Shown piece by piece: positions 1-8,087 of a DNA stretch of 64,000 nucleotides. The stretch lies in contig URMO01000002.1 of assembly GCA_900549085.1 (NCBI GenBank), positions 30,678 through 94,677 on the forward strand, in the 5' to 3' direction. The stretch is from an uncultured Collinsella sp. GTDB lineage: Bacteria; Actinomycetota; Coriobacteriia; Coriobacteriales; Coriobacteriaceae. The notes beneath the pieces are model-generated. The model was given only the letters and a program-made list of their open reading frames with translations. It was not told where the DNA came from and did not search any database. The stretch's first letter is position 1. Every line of letters starts with the position of its first letter. The position numbers were made by a program, and so were the translations under genes.

Positions 1-210
1 TGTTTGAGAGCCGCGTTGAGACGCCACGTTCTCAATACCCAACATGTCATCAAAGGCAGCCATGGCGCGTCGCTCGGTGCCATGGAGGCCGTCATTGCGT
101 TGCGGTGTATTGGGAACCTGCGGTCGAGGCACCATCGGTCGCTGTTGGCGACCATTATTGGAATCCGAGAAAAGATTCCCCAGTCGTAGCGTGGGCATAC
201 CATGCTCCTA

Positions 211-259
211 ACGTTTATCAAAATTAACAGGTCACCAAGGAGTCAGAAACCCTCCTTGG
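211..259 (-). terminator. Candidate rho-independent terminator of the six-gene operon
   Basis: CCAAGGAG-GTTTCTGA-CTCCTTGG hairpin, followed on the minus strand by TGACCTGTTAATTTTGAT. Confidence 0.5.
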
Positions 260-297
260 CGACCCAAAACAGTTCATGAAAAGAGCGACCCGCTCTA

Positions 298-3200
298 TTA
301 GGCGGTAAGGAAAAGGTAGAAGAAGAACGCGCAGATACCAAAGCCAATCAGCATCACAATAAATCCGAAGATGCTAAGCAGCTGTGCAATGGTCACGATA
401 CCCCAGAGGAAAAACTCGATGACGATCGGCAGGATCCAAGAGAAAAGCCAGGTGCGAATCGACTTCGCACTACCGGGGTGAGCATCGTCTCCAAAGAGAA
501 GCATGACCGTCATACCACCGATGAGAATCGCCATTACTACGTCAAGCTTGGTAAACGTGTCGCCATCAACAAACATCGTTCCCATAAACCCAAAGGCGCT
601 GGTGACAAGCGGAACGAAAACGACCAAGCGGCCAGCATAGCGTCCCAGTCTGTCCATCAACTGCGGATCCATGTAAAACGCCGCCGGCGCACGACCACTT
701 GAAAATGCAAGCGAACCGACCTGAGCAAGAGGCTTGTCGTCTGCCGACATCGCAAGCTCCTCAAAAACCTGTCCCTTACGATCGGCAAACTCAACGAGCT
801 GGAGCAAATATCGTTCAAGCGCATCCGAATTGGCATCGATATCGTTCCTAAGCGCGCTAACACGATCGGCGGCCGAATAAGAGCGAAGAAGATTGAGAGC
901 GAGAAAACCAAAGCAGCCAATAAACGCAACCGCCAGGAAAATGCCCGCAAGCGGACCAAACGAACCCCAAGAAACAATCAGCTGACCAAAGGCACCACGG
1001 GAGCACATGATAAGGATGCAGTAAAGAATCGCCACAAGAACGGTGTACATCAAAACACCCCGCTGCTCCTTCTTTATGGCAGCAGCGCGAGCATCGCTAT
1101 CGGCAATACCCTCAACGACACCGTAATCGCGTGTATCCTGCTCGATAGCGGCCTTTAAGGAGCCGTCTGCAACACCGCGGCTATCCTCGAGGAACTCAGC
1201 ATATTCGGCAGAGGAGATCAAGCTTTCATCTGCAAGAAGCCTTACGCCACGAGCCGCGAGCAACCGCTCGTCAACGCCTTGGGATATGAGCTCGGCCACA
1301 TAGCCGCGTGGCACGGCATCGTCGCCGACCTGAGCGCAAAACAGCGCATTGCGCGTGCAGGGGCGCGTCCCGTGCTTTCCGTCGACTTCCCAGCCGTTCA
1401 CATACGGAACAGGCGTGAGCTCCATATCTTCCCGAAGCTTGATTCCCTCAAGACGCGCGTTGGAACCAGCCTGGATGAGCATGGAAACGGCAGTGTTTGC
1501 CGGCGGATTCAATCCGAGCAGGGCAATTTTAACCGCCTCGCCCACAGAGCCTTGGGCCGAGTCGTAGAGGTCGGTGTGGGCGGCAAGCCACAGCCAAGCA
1601 GCATAGCTACCAAACTTACGATAAAACGCGCGCACCGCCTTCTTATTGACCGCGACCTTATCCATATAATCGATCACGACATCTATATCGATGGCTCCGT
1701 GCGAAGTTGCCGCATCTCGAGCCGAGATAATTGCCGCCATCTCAGAAACGCCCGCAAAATTGAGCAAGAATTCATCCAGCTTGTGAGCCGACGAGCAAAC
1801 GCCAAAAAACGCCGCCGGACGATTAACAACCGACATAAGCACCGTCTGAGCAGCAGAACTTTTCTCCTCGTTGCGCGTCAGCAACCCCTTGAATAAACAA
1901 GCAGCGAAATGAGGATCACTCGAGTGCAGCGCCAACTTTTCGAGTTCATGAATATCGGCAGCAAGCTTTGCGCGTTCATCGTTGAGATCGTTGTCTTGAG
2001 AAAGAATGCGAGATAAAAATCCCGAAGGCAGCACGCCTGACGATTTTGACCCGTCGAGACCGGACAGGACGGCGTAGCGATCAATTTCGGTGACATCCAT
2101 CTTGGCGATGCGTGCCGGGAGGGCATCGCTCGCATCGGTGAGCGAGACGTCCTCGCCGCGCCACGACATAATCTTGCCGTTAGACATCTCATAGATGACG
2201 CAAGCAAGGGCCAAGTCGGGATTGGAAGCTGTCTGGATATCCTCTTCGACCAACTGGTGAATCCTGGTCTGCAGGTCATTTTCACCCCAGTCGCCCATCA
2301 GGTTTTCGAGCTGTTGCTGGCTCATGCGAAGCTTGGCCTCGTCCCAATTGGAGGACAGCGCGCGAGCGAGCAACACCGGATCGCTATACAGCTTGCCGGC
2401 AAACTCGTAAGGTTTGCGTGCGCTACCGGCATCCATGGTGGGAAGTTTGCGATAGAAATGATCTGGGTCGGCCATCCAGTCTTTGACCTCTTCGTAGCCA
2501 AAACGCTCGCCCGATAGCTCAAACGTCAGGCCCTTGAGGAGGTTTCCCAGGGTTGCATCATCTGGATGGTTAAAGTCCGCAGGCTCACCCGTCTCTTGGC
2601 GATCGGAAAGCGTATTGTCGTTTATGAACTCCTGCAGCGGATGGACATTGTTTTCGTAGAGCGTCCAGATCGTGTAGCCAAACGAATACCAGTCGTTTCG
2701 AGGGTCGACCATGCCACCACGACCGGGCGTGTAGCCGTCGGAGCGCGTCATGGTGTTCGTCAGTCGGCTGTCAAATCCGGCAAGCGAGCGGGCGGAGCCA
2801 TAATCTCCGAGCACGATCTGCTTGTCGTACAGGTAGACGTTCTGCGGCTTAATGTCACGATGGACAATGCCAAGCTCGGTATGGAGCAACTCGATTGCCT
2901 GGCTGAGCTCGGGAATCACGCGGCTCTTAACCATATTCTTGCTACGGGGACGATCAAAAAGGCATGTGGCCAGCGGCGTAATGGAAACATCCCACAGCTG
3001 AGGAGCCGCAGCACCCACTTCGGTCGCGCTCAGGCCCTGGTGCAGATAGGCAAAGATGGGCAGCAGATGCGTTTGAGACACGGGGCGGCCATTAAGCCCC
3101 ATTACGGCGCTTACCACCTTTTGATATGCCGAACGCTCGGCGCCCACAAGAGGCTTAAAAACCTTGGCAACGCATGCCAAACCATCGCTCACCCGCTCGG

Positions 3201-3798
3201 CGGCAACAATGGTAGATTGACCGCCATGGCCAATGACCTGTCCCAAATGAATAATAAACTGCTGTCCGTCATTCGAGACAACCGTCGCATTCTCCGCAAC
3301 AAAAGGCGAGGCAGATGCAGCGGCAGCATGTGCGCCCCCACGAGAAACGGTCACCGTTTCACCGTTGGGACTGGCCGTGGCGCCGCGCGAGACAGTTACC
3401 GTCTGGCCGTCGGGGCTCGCAGCGCGCGGCACCGTGACAGTTTCGCCTGCCGCAGAAGTACCAGGGCGTGAAACAGTAACGGTCTTGCCGTCGGCGGACG
3501 CACCAACAGACGGTCTCGCAACCGTTACTGTTTCACCATTCGATTCGGTCATCGGGCGATGCACCGTTACGGTTTCGTTTGTCGATGGCGCGTCGTCGCG
3601 GCGGACGGTGACCGTTTCACCAGATGCCGGAGCGTCAGCTCGACGTACCGTCACGGTCTCTCCAGGCGCAGAGGCCTGGTCGCCACGGTTCACGGTAACC
3701 GTCTCTCCCCCTACGGGCGCATTCCCGCGGCGCACCGTTACGGTCTCATCATTGCCATTGCCACCATCTCGGTGTACCGTAATCGTCTCATCAGACAT
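298..3798 (-). CDS. Membrane-anchored Ser/Thr protein kinase with 12 N-terminal ETVTV repeats; last gene of a six-gene coupled operon
   Basis: 1166 aa, ATG start with GGGGGAG SD. N-terminal 12x ~14-aa repeats ETVTVxRxxxxxxG. Hanks kinase motifs: G-loop GHGGQST, VAK lysine, HRDIKPQN catalytic loop, DYG, then a ~450-aa cytoplasmic helical region and >=6 C-terminal TM helices. Confidence 0.9.
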   Translation of the reverse strand: MSDETITVHRDGGNGNDETVTVRRGNAPVGGETVTVNRGDQASAPGETVTVRRADAPASGETVTVRRDDAPSTNETVTVHRPMTESNGETVTVARPSVGASADGKTVTVSRPGTSAAGETVTVPRAASPDGQTVTVSRGATASPNGETVTVSRGGAHAAAASASPFVAENATVVSNDGQQFIIHLGQVIGHGGQSTIVAAERVSDGLACVAKVFKPLVGAERSAYQKVVSAVMGLNGRPVSQTHLLPIFAYLHQGLSATEVGAAAPQLWDVSITPLATCLFDRPRSKNMVKSRVIPELSQAIELLHTELGIVHRDIKPQNVYLYDKQIVLGDYGSARSLAGFDSRLTNTMTRSDGYTPGRGGMVDPRNDWYSFGYTIWTLYENNVHPLQEFINDNTLSDRQETGEPADFNHPDDATLGNLLKGLTFELSGERFGYEEVKDWMADPDHFYRKLPTMDAGSARKPYEFAGKLYSDPVLLARALSSNWDEAKLRMSQQQLENLMGDWGENDLQTRIHQLVEEDIQTASNPDLALACVIYEMSNGKIMSWRGEDVSLTDASDALPARIAKMDVTEIDRYAVLSGLDGSKSSGVLPSGFLSRILSQDNDLNDERAKLAADIHELEKLALHSSDPHFAACLFKGLLTRNEEKSSAAQTVLMSVVNRPAAFFGVCSSAHKLDEFLLNFAGVSEMAAIISARDAATSHGAIDIDVVIDYMDKVAVNKKAVRAFYRKFGSYAAWLWLAAHTDLYDSAQGSVGEAVKIALLGLNPPANTAVSMLIQAGSNARLEGIKLREDMELTPVPYVNGWEVDGKHGTRPCTRNALFCAQVGDDAVPRGYVAELISQGVDERLLAARGVRLLADESLISSAEYAEFLEDSRGVADGSLKAAIEQDTRDYGVVEGIADSDARAAAIKKEQRGVLMYTVLVAILYCILIMCSRGAFGQLIVSWGSFGPLAGIFLAVAFIGCFGFLALNLLRSYSAADRVSALRNDIDANSDALERYLLQLVEFADRKGQVFEELAMSADDKPLAQVGSLAFSSGRAPAAFYMDPQLMDRLGRYAGRLVVFVPLVTSAFGFMGTMFVDGDTFTKLDVVMAILIGGMTVMLLFGDDAHPGSAKSIRTWLFSWILPIVIEFFLWGIVTIAQLLSIFGFIVMLIGFGICAFFFYLFLTA
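3350..3798 (-). repeat. Coding tandem repeat: 12 x ~42-45 nt units encoding ETVTVxRxxxxxxG
   Basis: Recurring quasi-palindromic GAAACGGTCACCGT / ACGGTGACCGTTTC cores. The antisense frame also reads TVTV, which creates the mirror ORF 3365..4003 (+). Confidence 0.9.
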
Positions 3799-3800
3799 GG

Positions 3801-4562
3801 CTACTCCCCCACTTCAATTACAATCAGCGTTGCATCGTCCGTCGAGCCGTTCACCCGAGCCTCGGCATATAGCTCTTCGCACAACTGCGCACATGTCGAA
3901 TCGCTCGCAAGCATCTGCTGCAAACGTTCCTGCGCAATCTGCCCATCGATACCATCAGAACAGATCAGATAGCGATCGCCCGGAAGCATCACGGTCGTCT
4001 TGACCTCAAGATTGCGACCGCCCTGATTGAGTCCAATCGCGAGCTCAATACAATGCGAAACGGCATCATCCCTGTATTCAGCGCCAACGCCGCCCACGCG
4101 CCGCTCAGGCGTATGGTCACAGCTAAGCACGGCAAGCACACCGCCACGCAGTCGGTACACGCGAGAATCGCCGGCATTAAAAACAGCACCGTGCCCGTCA
4201 GGAGCAACCACGAGGCCAGCAACCGTGGATGCGGCAACAGACAGTCCATAGCGAGCCGCATACGACTCAACATCGTTCTCGGCTCGCTCGCCCGCCATGC
4301 GTAGGCGCTCCTGTAACGCGTTGACGGTATCGGCCTCAAAGACGCGCACGGCCTGCGCAAACGCCTGAGCAGCAAGCGTCGAGGCGGCCGCTCCGTGCCC
4401 GCCTTCGCTCACACCGTCAAAGACTGCCATGCAGCCCATCTCGCGCTCGCCATCGCCTACCAGGCCATAGCAAAGGACGTTACCGTCAAGAAGCAAACGG
4501 TCCTCGTTGACGGGGTGATTGGTTCCCGCTTGAGTTTTTGCTGCAGCGATAAACTTCGTCAT
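3801..4562 (-). CDS. PP2C-family Ser/Thr protein phosphatase
   Basis: 253 aa from ATG (the ORF track's first codon is TTG). PP2C motifs NEDR, FDGVSEGGHG, DSR, DHT. Its ATG overlaps the TGA of the upstream AAA+ gene (ATGA), and its TAG is 2 nt before the kinase ATG. Confidence 0.85.
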   Translation of the reverse strand: MTKFIAAAKTQAGTNHPVNEDRLLLDGNVLCYGLVGDGEREMGCMAVFDGVSEGGHGAAASTLAAQAFAQAVRVFEADTVNALQERLRMAGERAENDVESYAARYGLSVAASTVAGLVVAPDGHGAVFNAGDSRVYRLRGGVLAVLSCDHTPERRVGGVGAEYRDDAVSHCIELAIGLNQGGRNLEVKTTVMLPGDRYLICSDGIDGQIAQERLQQMLASDSTCAQLCEELYAEARVNGSTDDATLIVIEVGE

Positions 4563-6514
4563 CGCCAATCGCCTCCCATCGATCCGGGCACGAGCTCAAA
4601 TGCGATATGCGCATCCTCGCCCTCGCCCTGCGGCACGGCGCGTGCAACCATGCCGGGACGACCACGCCACTCGGCGCGGTGCTCAAACAGAAAATCGGAA
4701 AGCCCGTTAAGGTAACCGCTCTCCACCAGGTTGCCAATGCCGCGGCCGCCCTTGGCCTTGACGGCGTCCGTCATGGCAATGGAGTGCAGCAGCTCGCGGG
4801 CGGCATCGGTCGCCTCAACCGTAATATCGGGCTGTGCCTTATGCACGTTGCGGTTAACGGCATCGATCTTGGAATTGAGGATCTGAAGCGCCACGGCGTC
4901 GTCGATAAAGTTAAAGATCACCACGTTGTCGCCAATACGGCCCAAGAACTCGGGCTTAAACTCGCGATCCATCTCGGTGCGCACGCGCTCGCAAATCTCG
5001 TTATAGGGCGTGTTGGGCGCGATTGTATTACGAACTTCGTTGCCCTGCGCATCGATCTCAATCTTGGAAAAGCCGATGTTGCTCGTAAAGAAGATGACCG
5101 TCTCAGAGAAGTACACGGTATTACCCTGGCCATCGGTCAGGCGGCCATCTTCGAGGATCTGCAGGAACTTGTCCATAATGCTGGGCGCGGCCTTCTCAAT
5201 CTCGTCGAAAAGAACCACCGAGAACGGATTGGCCTTGACCGCATTGGTCAGCTGACCGCCCTCGGCATAGCCCACGTATCCCGGAGGAGCACCAAAGAGC
5301 TTTTGATCGGAGTTCTCGGCACCGTACTCGGACATATCAAAACGCAGCATGCTGCGCTCATCGCCAAAGAGAAGCTCCGTAATGGCCTTAACGATCTCGG
5401 TCTTACCGGTACCAGTGGGACCGCTCAAAAACAGGACACCTTTGGGCTTGGAACCAGATGAATGGGTGGCGCCCGAAAGGCCCATAACGGAGCGCTTGAG
5501 CACGGTGACGGCCTTCTCGACGGCCTCGTCCTGGCCCTTCACGCGGCGCTTGATCTTTGCCTCGGGATCCTCTTCGGGTTTCTCGAACATCTGCTGCCAT
5601 TTGTTCTCGCGAAAACCGTACTTATACACGTCGACGAGCTTGGGAAGGATGGCATCGATGGAAGCATCGGGGTTTTGCATATCGCGCTGATACATGCGCT
5701 GCAGGCCTTCGAGCTCCTTAACGCTCATACCGTCGGTGGTGTCGATAAAGCGGCGCACCGCGCGGTTATCAGAATCGGACAGCGCCTCGCCAAAGCCAAA
5801 CTTGCTCTGAATATAGGCTTCGCGCATGTCGCGGTCGGGATGCGGCAGCGTGATGGTGCGCAAGAAGGGGTTCTCCTCGATAAACCACACGGGCAGGTTG
5901 CGCACGTTATCCGTTACAAGAATGAGCGTGTTGACAGCCGTGCGGTTAATAAGGCGTGCTTTGCTGGCGCCAAGGTACAAGTTGAGGAAAAACTGCGTCT
6001 CGTCGGGCATAAGACCGGTCGAGGATGCAAGCAGGCGCGACGCCATGTTGACGATCACACAAAGCGGCTTGGCCTCGGTGCCGCCATCGGGATTGTCGTT
6101 GTATTTCAGGCGCAGCATGGAGCGGATGACCTCGCCGTATGATGGCAGGCTCGACTGCTCGGTGGCATATGCTTGGCGGCCATCGGCGATGCAGGCGTTC
6201 GCCTCCATCATGCGGTCGTCGCTCTTGGAAGCCTCGTCATGGGCCAGCGACACCAGGCGTTTGCAATCGACGTTGCCCATGCTGCCCGAGAACAACTGGA
6301 TGGGGTCAAAATATGCCACGTTGTACTCAACTGAGCCATTGGCGTCTTCGAAAAGACCGCGCACAACCTCGGCAAGCTCCGAGAACTGAAGGCCGCCGTC
6401 AACCACATCGGGATACTTGTCGTTGACGTTGCCCTCAAGGATAAAGAGGCTCTTAACCCCTTTAAAGTTGAGCATCTCGCGCTGCCAAGATTGGCGCTCG
6501 AAATCAGTTGCCAT
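4559..6514 (-). CDS. ClpA/ClpB D2-type AAA+ ATPase with a degenerate Walker-less N-terminal half
   Basis: 651 aa. C-terminal half matches the ClpAB D2 signature: GPTGTGKTE Walker A, DMSEY...GAPPGYVGY, VVLFDEIEKA Walker B, FTSN sensor. The N-terminal ~330 aa has no Walker A. AAGGAGG SD; the ATG lies 3 nt after the TAA of the radical-SAM gene. Confidence 0.85.
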   Translation of the reverse strand: MATDFERQSWQREMLNFKGVKSLFILEGNVNDKYPDVVDGGLQFSELAEVVRGLFEDANGSVEYNVAYFDPIQLFSGSMGNVDCKRLVSLAHDEASKSDDRMMEANACIADGRQAYATEQSSLPSYGEVIRSMLRLKYNDNPDGGTEAKPLCVIVNMASRLLASSTGLMPDETQFFLNLYLGASKARLINRTAVNTLILVTDNVRNLPVWFIEENPFLRTITLPHPDRDMREAYIQSKFGFGEALSDSDNRAVRRFIDTTDGMSVKELEGLQRMYQRDMQNPDASIDAILPKLVDVYKYGFRENKWQQMFEKPEEDPEAKIKRRVKGQDEAVEKAVTVLKRSVMGLSGATHSSGSKPKGVLFLSGPTGTGKTEIVKAITELLFGDERSMLRFDMSEYGAENSDQKLFGAPPGYVGYAEGGQLTNAVKANPFSVVLFDEIEKAAPSIMDKFLQILEDGRLTDGQGNTVYFSETVIFFTSNIGFSKIEIDAQGNEVRNTIAPNTPYNEICERVRTEMDREFKPEFLGRIGDNVVIFNFIDDAVALQILNSKIDAVNRNVHKAQPDITVEATDAARELLHSIAMTDAVKAKGGRGIGNLVESGYLNGLSDFLFEHRAEWRGRPGMVARAVPQGEGEDAHIAFELVPGSMGGDWR

Positions 6515-6517
6515 GTG

Positions 6518-7114
6518 TTATACCTCCTTGGCAGAAAATTCATGGTGGTAACGGTCGGCAATACCAACGGTGATAACCGTGCCGTCCTGGACATAGTTTT
6601 GAAGCTGACGAGGCTGTTGAAGATACTGGTCGTAATCATCGTGTGGGCGGTCGCTCAGGTAGATTACGCGCTGGTTAGTCGAGCCGCGCAGCGCACAATC
6701 GGGCACGTTGAGCTCGTTTACGTACGGACCGTCAATCAGCACATCGATAAGAGACTTAAGCGTCTCCCACGTATCCGCACCGATCACCTGCGGCAACTCT
6801 TCGAGCGTAAATCCGGTGTAAACGAGAATGTCATCGTAAGCGCAGCGGATCGTTGCCAGTAGCTTCACGAGCTCTGATGCCTGCTCGAGCGGATCTCCAC
6901 CCGAAACCGTCAGCCGATGTACGCCGTGCTCGCGCGCGGTATCGAGCAACATCTGCGCAAGCTCATCAACATCGACATCCTGCTCGGGCAGCTGGTTGCG
7001 CCATTGGGGCGAAATACATCCGGCACAACGCTTTGAACAACCAGCGGTCCAGACAACAATACGTTCTCCCGGACCCAGCGAGACGACGGGGGCAAGCACA
7101 TGGCTAACGAACAT
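6518..7114 (-). CDS. NrdG/PflA-like radical-SAM activating enzyme (4Fe-4S single-cluster family), orphan
   Basis: 198 aa from internal ATG (MFVSHVL...). CSKRCAGCISPQW follows the CxxxCxxC pattern and the NrdG-like GC..C.GC.N...W shape; SGGDPL SAM-binding motif. The ATG overlaps the TAG stop of the upstream FHA gene. No glycyl-radical enzyme gene is nearby. Confidence 0.75.
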   Translation of the reverse strand: MFVSHVLAPVVSLGPGERIVVWTAGCSKRCAGCISPQWRNQLPEQDVDVDELAQMLLDTAREHGVHRLTVSGGDPLEQASELVKLLATIRCAYDDILVYTGFTLEELPQVIGADTWETLKSLIDVLIDGPYVNELNVPDCALRGSTNQRVIYLSDRPHDDYDQYLQQPRQLQNYVQDGTVITVGIADRYHHEFSAKEV

Positions 7115-8084
7115 CGGCGTAATCCTCGCCCGGATCGAGTGTACGGTACACGGCCGAGATACGTGCAAGCGAGCAACCGCATTCCTCACAGCCATCCCCA
7201 ACCTTTGCACGCTCATCAGCAACGAGATGCAAACGACCGCACTCGGGGCACTCGACAAACCAGCCCTCGACACCCGCAGACTCACCAGCAGCAGAAACAA
7301 CCGGTGCCGCAGCAGACGCGGGCTGAGGCGCAGACCAAGCCTGGGTCTGCACGGGTTGCGCCGCAGGCGGTTCCTCCACAGTAACCGTCAGACGCAATTG
7401 GGCAAATTCGCCAGACGCAGCCGGAATGAGTAGCGTATCGCCGGTATGAATCGGCTGGGCCACGCCGGGAACCAAGTTGAGGATCTGGCCGCCACGCATA
7501 AGAGCCGTTCCGTTATTGGACCCCTCATCGGCAACCATCCATGTGCCCCGCTCAAAACGAACGCTGGCATGCTGCCGGGACATGGCAAAGTTCGAAGCCA
7601 TAGAAGGAAACACGTTGCGTCCAAGCACGGCAGCGTCCGTGAGACGAAGCTGCTCACCCATAACTGGATCGGCAAGCGTAAGCGCAGGAACCGCAGGAGT
7701 AGCTGCAGCATTCGCCATGGGCTGCGGCATTGGCGCAGGCGTCGGCCGTGGCGCAGCAACCGGAGCAGGTTGTGGAACGGGCATGGGGGTAGGCTGCGGC
7801 GTGGGAGCAGGAACAGCCTGATGTGCCTGCTGGGGCGCGGGACGCTGAGGCCGCGAAGCACCGCCCATCGATGATGTCGCAGGATAGACGGCGGGAGCCG
7901 GACGCTCAGCGACCGCGGCGGCAAAGCCGGACACTGAGGCGGCTGGCACCTCGGGTGCCGAGACCGCGGGCGCAGGGGCCGAAGGCGCGGGAACCGCACC
8001 AGCGGGACGCGGCGTCCCGCAGTCCTCGCACATATCGCGGGCATCATCGTTCATAAGACCACAGATAGGGCATTCCCATGTCAT
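7104..8084 (-). CDS. FHA-domain protein flanked by N- and C-terminal zinc ribbons
   Basis: 326 aa. N-terminal CPICG...CEDCG, a Pro/Ala-rich linker, an FHA core (GRN...SRQHA...GSNNGT...N), and C-terminal CPECG...CEECGC. The ATG lies 3 nt after the TAA of the upstream 525-aa gene; GAGG SD. Confidence 0.8.
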   Translation of the reverse strand: MTWECPICGLMNDDARDMCEDCGTPRPAGAVPAPSAPAPAVSAPEVPAASVSGFAAAVAERPAPAVYPATSSMGGASRPQRPAPQQAHQAVPAPTPQPTPMPVPQPAPVAAPRPTPAPMPQPMANAAATPAVPALTLADPVMGEQLRLTDAAVLGRNVFPSMASNFAMSRQHASVRFERGTWMVADEGSNNGTALMRGGQILNLVPGVAQPIHTGDTLLIPAASGEFAQLRLTVTVEEPPAAQPVQTQAWSAPQPASAAAPVVSAAGESAGVEGWFVECPECGRLHLVADERAKVGDGCEECGCSLARISAVYRTLDPGEDYADVR

Positions 8085-8087
8085 GGT

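Noticed and set aside
4-189. 61-aa + strand ORF at the window edge
   Set aside because: No SD, no motif, and it runs into the operon terminator hairpin. It might be the 3' end of a gene starting outside the window, but it cannot be supported from the sequence.
2566-3471. Long antisense ORFs inside confident genes. Examples: 2566..3471, 5462..6142, 8103..8888, 10036..10917, 12532..13473, 17001..18494, 17839..18579, 24463..26208, 25764..28535, 28569..30695, 38003..39667, 43240..44973, 44963..46159, 46065..47084, 48599..49510, 49458..50417, 51446..52714, 52741..55521, 55827..56522, 56419..57666, 60604..62337, 62908..63954
   Set aside because: These are typical high-GC shadow ORFs: no motifs, no SD, skewed Arg/Ala/Gly composition. 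All are antisense to genes with strong homology signatures.
3365-4003. + strand ORF (212 aa) full of TVTV inside the kinase gene
   Set aside because: It is a mirror image created by the quasi-palindromic ETVTV-coding repeats (ACGGTCACCGT reads TVT on both strands). It is antisense to a gene with clear kinase motifs.
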